From the NCBI GenBank assembly GCA_039794085.1, contig JBDIWC010000006.1:32001-96000 (forward strand): a stretch of 64,000 nt of DNA, written 5' to 3'. Of the stretch, positions 39,560-49,564 are shown in pieces. This stretch comes from Gemmatimonadales bacterium. Its GTDB lineage: Bacteria; Gemmatimonadota; Gemmatimonadetes; Gemmatimonadales; GWC2-71-9. The translations under genes were made by a program, and so were the position numbers. The notes under the pieces were generated by a model, which made no database searches, was not told the origin of the DNA, and saw only the letters and a list, made by a program, of their open reading frames with translations. Each line of letters starts with the position of its first letter. Within the stretch, counting starts at the first letter, position 1.

Positions 39560-40127
39560 GGCAATATTCCGGTGGCGAACCTTCTGGACAAGCGCGATCC
39601 TGGCTGCGGCCTGCGGCCGCGGGGGAGCGGGCCTGACCCCCGACCCGGTGCTCTCTCTCCCCGCCGACCGTCTCTACGTCCTCGAATCGATCGGAGCGCC
39701 CGCCGACGATACGACATTCGAGCTGGCCCCCGGGCAGGACCGCCGGGTGCTGATCCGCCATGGGGCGCCTGACAACACGCCGTTCGCCATCCTCGACATT
39801 CCCGCATCCGCTCTCGACCACGGTCCCGTCACCCTGGTGTTTCGCCCCCTGCCCGGGCTCACCGGAGCGGAGATACTGATGACCCGGGGGACCCTCGCCG
39901 ATTCGTCGGCGACGATCACCTTTGCCTACCCGCAGCACTTCCTCGCCCCCGCGGGAGCTGTGGACCAGTACGGGAGTCTCCTGGCCTACGAGCGGGCCTT
40001 GCGCATCGGTCACTCGGCTCCGGGCACGGGCCCGGTCAACCTCCTTCCCTCGACGCGTCCCGGATCCGACCTTCTGCGGGCACCCCTGCCCGGTCCGGGA
40101 CGCTACGTGGTGGCGGCGCCCCGATGA
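39558..40127 (+). CDS. Hypothetical lipoprotein
   Basis: Lipobox LAAAC; the stop overlaps the cyclase ATG (ATGA). Confidence 0.65.
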   Translation: MAIFRWRTFWTSAILAAACGRGGAGLTPDPVLSLPADRLYVLESIGAPADDTTFELAPGQDRRVLIRHGAPDNTPFAILDIPASALDHGPVTLVFRPLPGLTGAEILMTRGTLADSSATITFAYPQHFLAPAGAVDQYGSLLAYERALRIGHSAPGTGPVNLLPSTRPGSDLLRAPLPGPGRYVVAAPR

Positions 40128-41689
40128 CGGGGCCGGATACGCCCGGGGGGTTTCTCCTCGAAGGGGTCACGTCGCCCGTGCGCTGCGTCCTCGGGCCCGG
40201 CGAGTCCGGGTCCGTGGGCCGGTCACTCACCTGCGATTTCGTGATCGATGATCCCACCGTCTCCCGTCACCACGCCCAGCTTCAGGTCGAGGGGGAGGGA
40301 GACGCGCTGCTCGTCACCGACCTGGAGAGCGCCAATGGATTGGAGCACAACGGCGTCAGCGTGACCCGTGCCCGCTGCCGGGACGGGGATCGCCTGACCG
40401 TGGGACGCGTCTCCCTCCGGGTCCGCCAGCTCCCGGCCGTGTCCCCGCCCGCACGGGAGCTGGAAAGCCTCGACCTTCCCGATACCCTGGTGCGGGAGAT
40501 TCCGGGGGACCTGACCGAACAGGCCCTGCTGGACCGTTTGCTGGACATCACACGGCGGCTGTCGGGAAAGGGGGACCAGGAGGGACTCCTGGACGATGTG
40601 CTCCACCTGGCGTTCGAGGCGACCGGGGTGGACCGGGCCGTCATTCTCCTGGGCCCCAGCGTGGACACCCTCGTCCCGGCCCGGGCCCGGATCCGGCAGG
40701 GGCCCATTCCCGGTTTTCACCCTCCCCGCGCCATCCTGCACCGGGCGTTGGCGGCCCGGAGCGCCCTCGTCGTGGACCGGATCGAGGGAGTGCCGGGACT
40801 GGCGAGCCCGTCGGTGGCGCTCCAACGGGTCCACGCCGCCGTCTGCTGCCCCCTCCGCACCGAGGACGACACCGTGCTGGGGGTGCTGTACGCCGACCAG
40901 GGATCGACCGCCGGTATCACCCCCTCCGAGGCGAGGGCGCTCTTTGCTCTGGGCGGCATCGCGGCCGTCACCCTGGCCCGGCTCCGCTACGCCACGCTTC
41001 ACCGCGAGGAGCAGATCCGCGGCGCACAGTTGGCACGGTTCTTCGCCCCGGCGGTGGCCCGGGCCATCACCGAGAGCCCCGATCAGACCTTGGGCATGCA
41101 ATGCGCCGTCACAGTGCTCTTCACAGACATCCGCGGGTTCTCGGCGATCGCGGCCACGCACCCTCCCGAGCGAATCGCCCGGGTTCTCACGGAATATTAC
41201 ACCGACATGACCGACATCATCTTCGCGGAGGATGGAACACTGGATCGTTTTCTGGGAGACGGGGTCCTCGCGGTCTGGGGAGCGCCGATCCCCCGGGAGG
41301 ATGCCTCGGCCCGTGCGCTGGCGGCGGCCACGGCCATGTTCCGGGCCCTCCCCGGGCTCAACGCCCGGTGGCGGGACCGCGGCGATCCGGAGCTGCGTCT
41401 CGGAGCCGGTCTCGCCCGGGGGCGTGTCTTCGCCGGCACCCTGGGCGGACCACGACGCCTGGACTACACCGTCATCGGGGAGGCGGTCAACCTGGCGAGC
41501 CGCCTCGCCACCGCGGCGGGCCCGGGCCAGATCCTGCTGGAGGCCACCGTGGCCGGGGACCTCCCCGCCGGCAGCCCCCTTCTCGGTGGCGTCACCCGGG
41601 AATCCGTGGTGATCCGGGGCCGGGATGACCCGGTGGCAGTCTATCGTGTTATTCCCGCCGATTCGGAGTCGGAGGAGGGCGGAAAGTAG
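40124..41689 (+). CDS. FHA-GAF-class III nucleotidyl cyclase
   Basis: FHA (VGR, VSRHHA, SANG), GAF (CCPL..VLGVLYAD) and cyclase (FTDIRGFS, DRFLGDG, DYTVIGEAVNLASRL). Confidence 0.92.
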   Translation: MTGPDTPGGFLLEGVTSPVRCVLGPGESGSVGRSLTCDFVIDDPTVSRHHAQLQVEGEGDALLVTDLESANGLEHNGVSVTRARCRDGDRLTVGRVSLRVRQLPAVSPPARELESLDLPDTLVREIPGDLTEQALLDRLLDITRRLSGKGDQEGLLDDVLHLAFEATGVDRAVILLGPSVDTLVPARARIRQGPIPGFHPPRAILHRALAARSALVVDRIEGVPGLASPSVALQRVHAAVCCPLRTEDDTVLGVLYADQGSTAGITPSEARALFALGGIAAVTLARLRYATLHREEQIRGAQLARFFAPAVARAITESPDQTLGMQCAVTVLFTDIRGFSAIAATHPPERIARVLTEYYTDMTDIIFAEDGTLDRFLGDGVLAVWGAPIPREDASARALAAATAMFRALPGLNARWRDRGDPELRLGAGLARGRVFAGTLGGPRRLDYTVIGEAVNLASRLATAAGPGQILLEATVAGDLPAGSPLLGGVTRESVVIRGRDDPVAVYRVIPADSESEEGGK

Positions 41690-42243
41690 GGGCATCCCGC
41701 TTCCCCCAGGAGGTCGATCACCAGGCGCAGCGGGAGTCCCATCACGCTGAAGAAGTCCCCTTCGATCCCCTCCACCAGCCCGGCCCCGTACCCCTGGATC
41801 CCGTAGGCCCCCGCCTTGTCCATCGGCTCCCCGGTGCCGACGTAGGCGTCGATCCACGCATCCGACACCGTCCGAAAGGTCACCGTCGTGCGATCCATGG
41901 CCTCGCGCAGGGTTCCCCCGGCCTGCAGGGCCACGGCGGTGATCACCTCGTGGCGCCGGCCCCGGAGCCGCCGCAGCATCGCCACCGCCTCCGCGGCGTC
42001 GGCCGGCTTCTCCAGGACCTCTCCGTCGAGCACCACGATGGTATCGGCGCTGAGAACCAGATGCCCCGGCACGGCACGGGCCTTCTCGCGCGCGAGACGC
42101 CGGGCATACGCCTCCGGTTCCTCGCGGGGGAGGCGCCGTTCCAGCACGTCCGGCGACTGGGCCAGCACCGGAATACCCAGCATCGCCAGCAGGTCCCGGC
42201 GTCGGGGGGAACTGGAGGCCAGAACCAGCACGGGGGAGTTCAT
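41641..42243 (-). CDS. maf: Maf family nucleoside-triphosphate pyrophosphatase
   Basis: LASSSPRRR, SADTIV, LEKP, DKAGAYGIQG and VMGLP. Confidence 0.95.
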   Translation of the reverse strand: MNSPVLVLASSSPRRRDLLAMLGIPVLAQSPDVLERRLPREEPEAYARRLAREKARAVPGHLVLSADTIVVLDGEVLEKPADAAEAVAMLRRLRGRRHEVITAVALQAGGTLREAMDRTTVTFRTVSDAWIDAYVGTGEPMDKAGAYGIQGYGAGLVEGIEGDFFSVMGLPLRLVIDLLGEAGCPYFPPSSDSESAGITR

Positions 42244-42683
42244 GGTCGCTCCAGGATGAGGGTGACCGGACCATCGTTCACCAGGGACACCGCCATCATG
42301 GCTCCGAACTCTCCGGTCTCCACGGTGAGCCCGAGGGCCCGGAGGTCCGCGAGAAACTGTTCATAGAGCGGGATGGCCACCTCGGGCCGGGCGGCCTCGA
42401 GAAAGGAGGGGCGCCGCCCGCGGGTGGCATCCCCATAGAGGGTGAACTGGCTCACCACCAGCACCGCTCCCCCGACCTCCCCCAGCCCCAGGTTCATCTT
42501 GCCCTCCGCATCGCCAAAGATCCGGAGTGTCGCCACTCGGGAGGCCATCCACGTCACATCGGCGGGGGTGTCGGCATGGGTGAACCCGGCCAGGAGGCAG
42601 ACCCCCTGTCCGATCTGGCCCACCGTGCGTCCCTCCACGGCCACGGTGGCGGAGGAAACCCGCTGGAGAATAACGCGCACCAT
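42240..42683 (-). CDS. dtd: D-aminoacyl-tRNA deacylase
   Basis: VILQRV, LRIF, SQFTL, GRRPSF and NDGPVT. Confidence 0.97.
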   Translation of the reverse strand: MVRVILQRVSSATVAVEGRTVGQIGQGVCLLAGFTHADTPADVTWMASRVATLRIFGDAEGKMNLGLGEVGGAVLVVSQFTLYGDATRGRRPSFLEAARPEVAIPLYEQFLADLRALGLTVETGEFGAMMAVSLVNDGPVTLILERP

Positions 42684-42755
42684 GCCTCCACGCAGCGAAG
42701 CGCCCCGGGACGGCCACGGCCAGTCCCGGGGCACGGAGGCCACCGGTTGCCGGCG

Positions 42756-44582
42756 CTACTCCACCGTCACCGACTTGGCGAGATTGCGCGGCTGGTCCAC
42801 GTTGCAGCCGCGGAGCACGGCAACGTAATAGGAGAAGAGCTGGAGGGGGATCCCGGTGAGGAGCGGGCTCAGGAGGTCGATGGTCTCGGGAATGGGGAAG
42901 GTGGCATCGGCGAGCCGCTGGATCTCGGTGTCGCCTTCCGTGATCAGGGCGATGACCTTCCCTCCCCGCGCCTTCACCTCTTCGATGTTGGACACGATCT
43001 TCGAGTGCACCGCGTCCTTTGGCGCGATGAAGATCACCGGCATGTTCTCGTCGATCAGGGCGATCGGCCCATGCTTCATCTCGGCCGCCGGGTATCCCTC
43101 GGCATGGATGTAGCTGATCTCCTTGAGTTTGAGCGCACCCTCCAGGGCGACGGGGAAGTTCACTCCCCGCCCCAGGTAGAGGGCGTTGGTCGCGGTGTGA
43201 AACTGCTTCGCCAGCGTCTCCACCGCGTCGGCCCGATCGAGGATCGACTGGATCTGCACCGGGATCCGTTGCAGCGCGTGGATGAATTCCCTCCCTTCCA
43301 GCACCGACAGGTGCCGCAATCGGGCCAGCCGGAGAGTGAGCAGGGCCAGGGCTCCGACCTGGGAGGTGAAGGCCTTGGTACTGGCGACGCCCACCTCGGG
43401 GCCGGCCCGGAGATACAGCCCGCCATCCACCTCCCGGGCGATCGTCGATCCGACCACGTTGACGAGCCCGAGGGTCCGGGCCCCCCGCCGCTTCGCCTCC
43501 TTGATGGCGGCCAGGGTGTCGGCGGTCTCCCCCGACTGGGAAATGGCCACCACCAGCGTGCGCTCGTCCACGATCGGATTCCGGTACCGGAATTCGGAGG
43601 CATACTCCACCTCCACCGGAATCCGGGCCATCTCTTCCAGCATGTACTCGCCGATCAGCGCCGCGTGCCACGACGTGCCGCAGGCGGTGATGATGATCCG
43701 GTTGAACTGTCCCAGTTCCTCGTCCGACAGATTGAGACCGTGCAGCCGGGCACTCCCCTCCTCCTCCAGCAGGTGACCGCGGAGGGTGTTGCAGAGACTC
43801 TCGGGCTGCTCGAAGATTTCCTTCAGCATGAAGTGGGAAAACCCGCCCCGCTCGATGGTGGCGAGGTCCCATTCGATCTGATTGACCGGCTTGTCGATCC
43901 GACTCACCTCGAGGGTTCGCACGCGATACCCCACCCGGGTCAGCACAACCATCTCTCCGTCATCGAGATAGACCACGGAACGGGTGTGTTCGAGAATGGC
44001 GGAGGCGTCGGAGGCCACGAACCACTCATCGTCTCCGACACCCACGAGAAGGGGAGATCCCTTGCGAGCGGCGACCAGCAGGTCGGGCTCGTCGGCGCTG
44101 ACCACTGCGATCCCGTAGGCCCCGTCCACGTCCCGGAGCGCCGAGGCCACCGCTTCCTCGAGCGATCCCTGGTAGTACTCCCCGATGAGATGCGCCAGCA
44201 CCTCGGTATCCGTTTCGCTCGTGAAGGTGTGTCCGCGCCGGGCCAGCGCCTTGCGAATCGACGTGGAGTTCTCGATGATGCCGTTGTGGATGACGGCGAT
44301 CCTCCCGTCATCGCTCGTATGCGGGTGGGCATTGGAGGTGGTCGGCGCTCCGTGGGTGGCCCACCGGGTATGGCCGATGCCCACCGTGCCGGTGGGGCGA
44401 TCGGTCTGGAGGATATCGACCAGGGCCGAGAGCTTCCCCGCCGCCTTCCGGACCTTCAGGCCGCTGCCATTGAGCACCGCGATTCCCGCGGAATCGTAGC
44501 CACGGTATTCCATCCGACGAAGGCCGTCAATCAGAATGCCCGTGGCCTCCCGCGGGCCCAGATACCCCACAATGCCACACAT
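42756..44582 (-). CDS. glmS: Glutamine--fructose-6-phosphate aminotransferase
   Basis: MCGIVG, EYRGYDSAG, HTRWATHG, SQSGETADT and PRNLAKSVTVE. Confidence 0.99.
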   Translation of the reverse strand: MCGIVGYLGPREATGILIDGLRRMEYRGYDSAGIAVLNGSGLKVRKAAGKLSALVDILQTDRPTGTVGIGHTRWATHGAPTTSNAHPHTSDDGRIAVIHNGIIENSTSIRKALARRGHTFTSETDTEVLAHLIGEYYQGSLEEAVASALRDVDGAYGIAVVSADEPDLLVAARKGSPLLVGVGDDEWFVASDASAILEHTRSVVYLDDGEMVVLTRVGYRVRTLEVSRIDKPVNQIEWDLATIERGGFSHFMLKEIFEQPESLCNTLRGHLLEEEGSARLHGLNLSDEELGQFNRIIITACGTSWHAALIGEYMLEEMARIPVEVEYASEFRYRNPIVDERTLVVAISQSGETADTLAAIKEAKRRGARTLGLVNVVGSTIAREVDGGLYLRAGPEVGVASTKAFTSQVGALALLTLRLARLRHLSVLEGREFIHALQRIPVQIQSILDRADAVETLAKQFHTATNALYLGRGVNFPVALEGALKLKEISYIHAEGYPAAEMKHGPIALIDENMPVIFIAPKDAVHSKIVSNIEEVKARGGKVIALITEGDTEIQRLADATFPIPETIDLLSPLLTGIPLQLFSYYVAVLRGCNVDQPRNLAKSVTVE

Positions 44583-44607
44583 GCGTGTTTCGGTCCTCGC
44601 AAAAGAT

Positions 44608-45993
44608 TCAGGCCGCCCCTCCACTCCCCTTCGGGCGCAGCAGATCACGGCAGGTCGTCGTCAACTCAGTGGCCTGGGTGACCGTGGGCGCCTCGGCGAT
44701 GATCCGCACCACCGGCTCCGTTCCCGAAGGTCTCAGATGCACCCACCGGTCGGGCCAGGCGAGCCGCAATCCGTCACGGTGGTCCGCATGAGCCTCGGGA
44801 AACCGATCCTGCAGACTCCGGCCGGCCGTGTCCAGATCCACCCCCCGAGGGATCTTCGTCTTCACGATGCGGTAGGCCGGGGCGGATCGCACCCGGTCCG
44901 TCACCGTCCCGCCCGGGCCCGCAAGATACTGCAAAACCAGCGCCACACCGAGGGGCGCATCCCGTCCCGAGTGCAGGGCCGGCAGGATCACCCCCCCATT
45001 CCCCTCTCCCCCGATCAGGGCCCTCTCCTCCCGGATCATCCGCACCACATTGGCCTCCCCCACCGGAGCGCGGACAAACCGCGCTCCTCCGGCCAGGGCG
45101 GCATCCTCCACGACCCGGCTGGTGGAGAGATTCGCGACCACGGTGGCCGGCGCAGGATGGCGAGGCAGCACCGCCCGCACCGCGAAGGCCAGCGTGTAAT
45201 CCTCTCCGATCGGGACCCCCGTCTCATCCACCAGGGCCAGGCGATCCACGTCCGGATCCACCGCCAGGCCGATCTCCGCACCCGTCGCGCGCACCAGCTC
45301 ACCCAGATCGGACAGGTTGGCGGGAATCGGTTCGGGCTCGTGGGGAAACCTCCCGTCGGTTTCGGTGTGGATGGCATCGACCCGGCACCCCAGCCGGGCA
45401 AGCAACTCGGGAATGATCGCGCCGCCGGCTCCGCGGACGCAGTCGAGAGCCACATGGAACCGCCGGTTGCGAATGGCGCCGACATCCACCTCGGGGAGGG
45501 CCAGCACGGAGGCGAGATGGCGCTCGATGGCCTCCCCATCAGTTGTCACGCCGCCGAGACCATCCCACCCGCTCCGGGGCGTTCCGGAGTCCGCACGAGC
45601 CTTGACTTCCGCCAACGCATCCCAGGAAAGAAAGGTTCCGCCGGGCCCCACGAACTTGAGGGCGTTCCACTCCACGGGGTTGTGACTCGCTGTCAGAATG
45701 AGTCCCGCAGCCGCACCATGGTGCTCCACGGCGAGCTGAACCGTGGGAGTCGGGACCATCCCGAGGTCGACGACATTGGCCCCCACCGACTGGAATCCTG
45801 CCGTCGCCGCGCGGGAAAACATCTCACCGCTGGTCCGGGCATCCCGCCCAAGGACCACCGTTCTGTCACCCGGAGGAGAGGCCAGCGCCCAGGCTCCGAA
45901 CGCGGCAGCGTACCGGGCCACCAGCTCGGGGGTGAGGTCCACGCCCACCAAGCCACGGAGCCCGGAAACGCTGAACATCAGGGTGTCGGTCAT
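44608..45993 (-). CDS. glmM: Phosphoglucosamine mutase (alpha-D-phosphohexomutase)
   Basis: TASHNP, DPDVDR, GGEGNGG and RPSGTEP; directly upstream of glmS. Confidence 0.85.
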   Translation of the reverse strand: MTDTLMFSVSGLRGLVGVDLTPELVARYAAAFGAWALASPPGDRTVVLGRDARTSGEMFSRAATAGFQSVGANVVDLGMVPTPTVQLAVEHHGAAAGLILTASHNPVEWNALKFVGPGGTFLSWDALAEVKARADSGTPRSGWDGLGGVTTDGEAIERHLASVLALPEVDVGAIRNRRFHVALDCVRGAGGAIIPELLARLGCRVDAIHTETDGRFPHEPEPIPANLSDLGELVRATGAEIGLAVDPDVDRLALVDETGVPIGEDYTLAFAVRAVLPRHPAPATVVANLSTSRVVEDAALAGGARFVRAPVGEANVVRMIREERALIGGEGNGGVILPALHSGRDAPLGVALVLQYLAGPGGTVTDRVRSAPAYRIVKTKIPRGVDLDTAGRSLQDRFPEAHADHRDGLRLAWPDRWVHLRPSGTEPVVRIIAEAPTVTQATELTTTCRDLLRPKGSGGAA

Positions 45994-46097
45994 GAAGCGA
46001 GCCTCGCAGATCGGGGGGTCGGGACTACGTCCTGGGTCCCAGGTCCTGTGTCCTTCAGGACTCAGGGGAGAGGACGTGGCACGAAGCTGTGGAACCT

Positions 46098-47192
46098 TCA
46101 GTCACCGGGAGATCGCCGTGACGTCAGCAACCGGGCCGGATCGGGAAAGGCGCGGCGAAAGGCGGCCACCACCTCGGGATCGAACTGGGCTCCGGCACAT
46201 CGGGTGAGTTCCTCCATGGCATCGAGAGGAGTCCGGACGGGCCGGTAGGCTCGGTTGGTCGTCATGGCATCGAACGCATCCACCACGGCCACGATGCGGG
46301 CAGCCGCCGGAATCGCCGGGCCGGCCAGACCGTCGGGAAATCCGGTCCCGTCGAAACGTTCGTGGTGGGAACGAACGATCTGCAGGACGAGCGGACTGTC
46401 GCGCCGGAGGGGTTCGAGGATCTCCTCGCCCTCCACGACGTGACGCTGCACCTCCTGGAACTCCTCGGGAGTCAGCGGCCCGGGCTTCAGGAGGATGGCG
46501 TCGCGGGTGCCGATCTTGCCGATGTCGTGGAGGTCGCCGCCCAAACGGATCTGGTCGAGCGTGTCCCCGGTGAATCCCAACAGAACAGCGGTCTTTTCGG
46601 CATACCGGCTCACCCGTTCCGAATGCCCGCGGGTGAACTCATCCTTCTTTTCCAGCATGCGGACCGCCATCTGCACCTGTCCCAGGAACATCTCCCGGTT
46701 CCGGGCCGCCAGAGCCCTCACGTTCTCTTCCAGCCGGTCCCGGTAGCTGCGCTGCAGGTGCTGGTTCTCCAGCCGCCGCCGCCGCTGGTCCAGCGCGCGG
46801 TCGACCCGGGCCCGGACCTCCTCCCGCGACACCGGCTTCACCAGAAAGTCCGCCGCCCCCTCGCGGAGACACCCCACCACCGTCCTCACGCCCAGGCCGG
46901 CCTCGCCGATCACCAGCACGAGCGTGTCGGGGGACCGGTCGAGCATCCGATGCAGAAAGACGGTGCCCTCGACATCGGGAAGGTCGTAGTCCACCACCAG
47001 CAGCGGCACCGGGCCCATCGCGGCGAGCGCCGCCTCGGCCTCCATTCCCGAGGACGCCTCGACAACCGACAGCCCCTGGGTCTGGATCACGTGACGGACC
47101 GTCCCCCGCGTCTCCGCGTCTCCCCCGACGATGAGGCATCGGGGAGCGGCGTCACCACCGGGCGGACGGGAGGATTCGGGCGACAGGAACAC
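46098..47192 (-). CDS. Response regulator with HD-GYP (cyclic dinucleotide phosphodiesterase) domain
   Basis: Atypical receiver, then HSERV, HDIGK, HHERFDGTGFP, DAFDAM and RAYR. GTG at 47192 lies 6 nt after TACCTT. Confidence 0.9.
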   Translation of the reverse strand: MFLSPESSRPPGGDAAPRCLIVGGDAETRGTVRHVIQTQGLSVVEASSGMEAEAALAAMGPVPLLVVDYDLPDVEGTVFLHRMLDRSPDTLVLVIGEAGLGVRTVVGCLREGAADFLVKPVSREEVRARVDRALDQRRRRLENQHLQRSYRDRLEENVRALAARNREMFLGQVQMAVRMLEKKDEFTRGHSERVSRYAEKTAVLLGFTGDTLDQIRLGGDLHDIGKIGTRDAILLKPGPLTPEEFQEVQRHVVEGEEILEPLRRDSPLVLQIVRSHHERFDGTGFPDGLAGPAIPAAARIVAVVDAFDAMTTNRAYRPVRTPLDAMEELTRCAGAQFDPEVVAAFRRAFPDPARLLTSRRSPGD

Positions 47193-47288
47193 GGGGCAAA
47201 GGTAACGGCACCGTCGAGCAATCTTCAATACGCTTGCCGTGGATTCAACTTCCCCGATACGTTTCCCGCAGCCCTCACCCGGAGCGTT

Positions 47289-48461
47289 ATGACCCAGATC
47301 AGGCCTTCCGACCGTTCCCATGCCCACGCCACCCGGGCCATTCACGCCGGCGCCGCGGAGGACCCGCTCGCCGGCGCGATCATGCCGCCCGTCTACCAGA
47401 CCTCCACCTACCGGCAGGACGGCATCGGCCGCCACAAGGGCTACGAGTACGCCCGCACCCAGAATCCCACCCGGGAGGCCCTCGAGCGCAACGTCGCGGC
47501 ACTCGAAGAGGGAACCCACGGATTCGCCTTCGGATCGGGGCTCGCCGCCCTCGATGCCCTCCTCAAGCTCTTCAGGCCCGGGGACCACATCATTTGCGGG
47601 GAGAACGTCTACGGAGGAACGCACCGGTTGATGGAACAGGTGTTCCGTCCCTTCGGGCTGGCCTTTTCCTTCGTGGACATGCGGGACCCGGATCAGGTGG
47701 ACCGGGCGATCACCCCCGCCACCCGGATGATTTACGGGGAGACCCCCACCAATCCCATGATGTTTCTCGCCGACCTCGCCGCCCTGGGAGATCTGGCCCG
47801 GAGCCGGGGCCTCCTTCTGGCCGTGGACAACACTTTCGCCACCCCGATCTACCAGCGCCCCCTGACCCGTGGTGCCGACATTGTTCTGCACAGCACCACC
47901 AAATACCTCAATGGGCACAGTGACATGGTCGGGGGTCTCCTGGTGACCACCCGCGACGACCTGGCCGAGCGCATCGGGTTCCTCCAGAACGCCGCCGGGG
48001 CCGTTCCGGGACCCTGGGATTGTTGGCTCGCCCTGCGCGGCATCAAGACACTCGCCGTCCGGATGCGGGAGCACGACCGGAATGGACGGAAGATTGCCGC
48101 CTGGCTCGTGGACCATCCCAGGGTCGAACGGGTCTACTATCCCGGCCTCCCCGACCATCCCCAGCACGACCTCGCCGTCCGGCAGATGGGGGGGTACTTC
48201 GGAGGCATGGTGTCCTTCGACGTGGGAGATCCCCTTCTTGCTCACCGCATCGCCGAGCGCACCGAGCTCTTCGCCCTCGCAGAATCGCTGGGTGGCGTGG
48301 AGAGCCTCATCGGACACCCCGCGTCCATGACCCATGCCTCGGTCCCGAAGCGCATGCGGGACAGCATGGGGCTCACCGACAGCCTGCTCCGCCTCTCCTG
48401 CGGAATCGAGGACGCCGACGACCTCATCGCCGATCTGGACCGGGCCATGGGGGCCGGGTGA
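47289..48461 (+). CDS. Cystathionine gamma-synthase/lyase (Cys/Met metabolism PLP enzyme)
   Basis: YQTSTY, YARTQNPTR, ETPTNP, DNTF, HSTTKYLNGHSD and AESLGGVESL. Confidence 0.93.
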   Translation: MTQIRPSDRSHAHATRAIHAGAAEDPLAGAIMPPVYQTSTYRQDGIGRHKGYEYARTQNPTREALERNVAALEEGTHGFAFGSGLAALDALLKLFRPGDHIICGENVYGGTHRLMEQVFRPFGLAFSFVDMRDPDQVDRAITPATRMIYGETPTNPMMFLADLAALGDLARSRGLLLAVDNTFATPIYQRPLTRGADIVLHSTTKYLNGHSDMVGGLLVTTRDDLAERIGFLQNAAGAVPGPWDCWLALRGIKTLAVRMREHDRNGRKIAAWLVDHPRVERVYYPGLPDHPQHDLAVRQMGGYFGGMVSFDVGDPLLAHRIAERTELFALAESLGGVESLIGHPASMTHASVPKRMRDSMGLTDSLLRLSCGIEDADDLIADLDRAMGAG

Positions 48462-48495
48462 GGGTGGCTCTTCCGTGCCAACCGGCGTATCATGA

Positions 48496-48521
48496 TGAAA
48501 CAGAGATCGCTCCGTTTCGTA
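48496..48521 (+). promoter_or_regulatory. Putative SigW-type ECF promoter of the M48 peptidase
   Basis: TGAAAC-N16-CGTA followed by TGG, 32 nt upstream of the ATG. Confidence 0.6.
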
Positions 48522-48553
48522 TGGTGTCGGACTTCTGACCGAGGAATCGCCCG

Positions 48554-49564
48554 ATGACCTCCATGCCCGCTCCCCGTCCCCGGATCGCCTTCCCCGGCAT
48601 TGCCGGCGTCTCCTGGGAGCATCCGGCCGACCGGGCCGCACTCCAGACACTCCGTGGCGTCCCCGGGTTCGACGAGATCGTCCGCAAGATCGTGGGCATT
48701 CTGGGCGGGGAGCGGGGGATCCGTCTCCTCTTTCAGGGCAACGCGGTCCGGTGTGGCCCGACCCAGTTTGCCCGCGCGCACGCGATGTTGGTGGAGGTGG
48801 CCACCACCTTCGACTGGCATGAGGTGCCCGAGCTTTTCGTCACCCAGACGCCGGTGTTCAACGCCGGGGCCTACGGGATGGATCACCCCTTCATCGTGCT
48901 CCATTCCGCCGCGCTCGAGATTCTCGACGAGAACGAGCTGCGGGTGCTCATCGCCCACGAGATGGGGCACATCGTCAGCGGGCATGCCCTCTACCGCACC
49001 ATCGCCGAGATACTCCTCACCGTCAGCTTCGCAGCGCTCCCGATCCTGGCGGGCATCGCGCTTCTCCCGGTGCGCCTCGCGGTTCTCGAATGGTCCCGCA
49101 AGTCGGAACTCTCGGCCGACCGCGCCGGGCTCCTCGGCTCCCAGGATGTGATGGTGTCCCAGCAGTTGTTCATGAAGATGGCCGGGGGAAGCCGCGGCGC
49201 CCTGAAGGCGGGGGAGATGAACCTGGAGGCCTTCATGACCCAGGCCAACGAGTACTTGCAGGCGAGCGACGGAATCGACCTCGTGTACAAGATCCTCAAC
49301 ACCCTGGCCCTGACGCACCCGATGAACACCATTCGCGCCGCGGAACTCCAACAATGGGTGGCGGCGGGAGACTACGAACGCATTCTGCGGGGTGAGTATG
49401 TCCGGCGGGGACCCGACCGGGATCGGCCCCTGCGGGAGGAGTTCGGCGCCGCGCGCGACTACTATGCCGGGGAGGCGCGGGACGTGGCCCAGAAGATGGC
49501 GGGTGCGGCGAAGCGCGCGGCCACCGCCGCGGCCGACGCCTTCAGAAAGGCACAGAAAGAGTGA
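48554..49564 (+). CDS. M48 family zinc metallopeptidase
   Basis: EHPADRAAL, NAGAYG, HEMGH, ELSADRAG and THP. Confidence 0.92.
   Translation: MTSMPAPRPRIAFPGIAGVSWEHPADRAALQTLRGVPGFDEIVRKIVGILGGERGIRLLFQGNAVRCGPTQFARAHAMLVEVATTFDWHEVPELFVTQTPVFNAGAYGMDHPFIVLHSAALEILDENELRVLIAHEMGHIVSGHALYRTIAEILLTVSFAALPILAGIALLPVRLAVLEWSRKSELSADRAGLLGSQDVMVSQQLFMKMAGGSRGALKAGEMNLEAFMTQANEYLQASDGIDLVYKILNTLALTHPMNTIRAAELQQWVAAGDYERILRGEYVRRGPDRDRPLREEFGAARDYYAGEARDVAQKMAGAAKRAATAAADAFRKAQKE

Noticed and set aside
40124..41689. Pycsar/CBASS-like defence cyclase
   Set aside because: The FHA-GAF-cyclase architecture is a signalling type, with no adjacent TIR or TM effector, in a housekeeping neighbourhood.
44583..44650. 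glmS ribozyme upstream of glmS (GCGCCCGAA seen on the minus strand)
   Set aside because: The match lies inside the glmM coding end, the gap is only 25 bp, and the GACGAGG core and downstream helices are absent.
46020..46062. Short AGGAC(A/C/G)N heptamer run upstream of glmM as a riboswitch or operator
   Set aside because: Only about four degenerate units and no recognisable RNA family; too weak to call.
47193..48650. 850-aa HD-GYP ORF with a long N-terminus
   Set aside because: The extension is the antisense of the cystathionine lyase gene; the receiver domain starts at about 47192.
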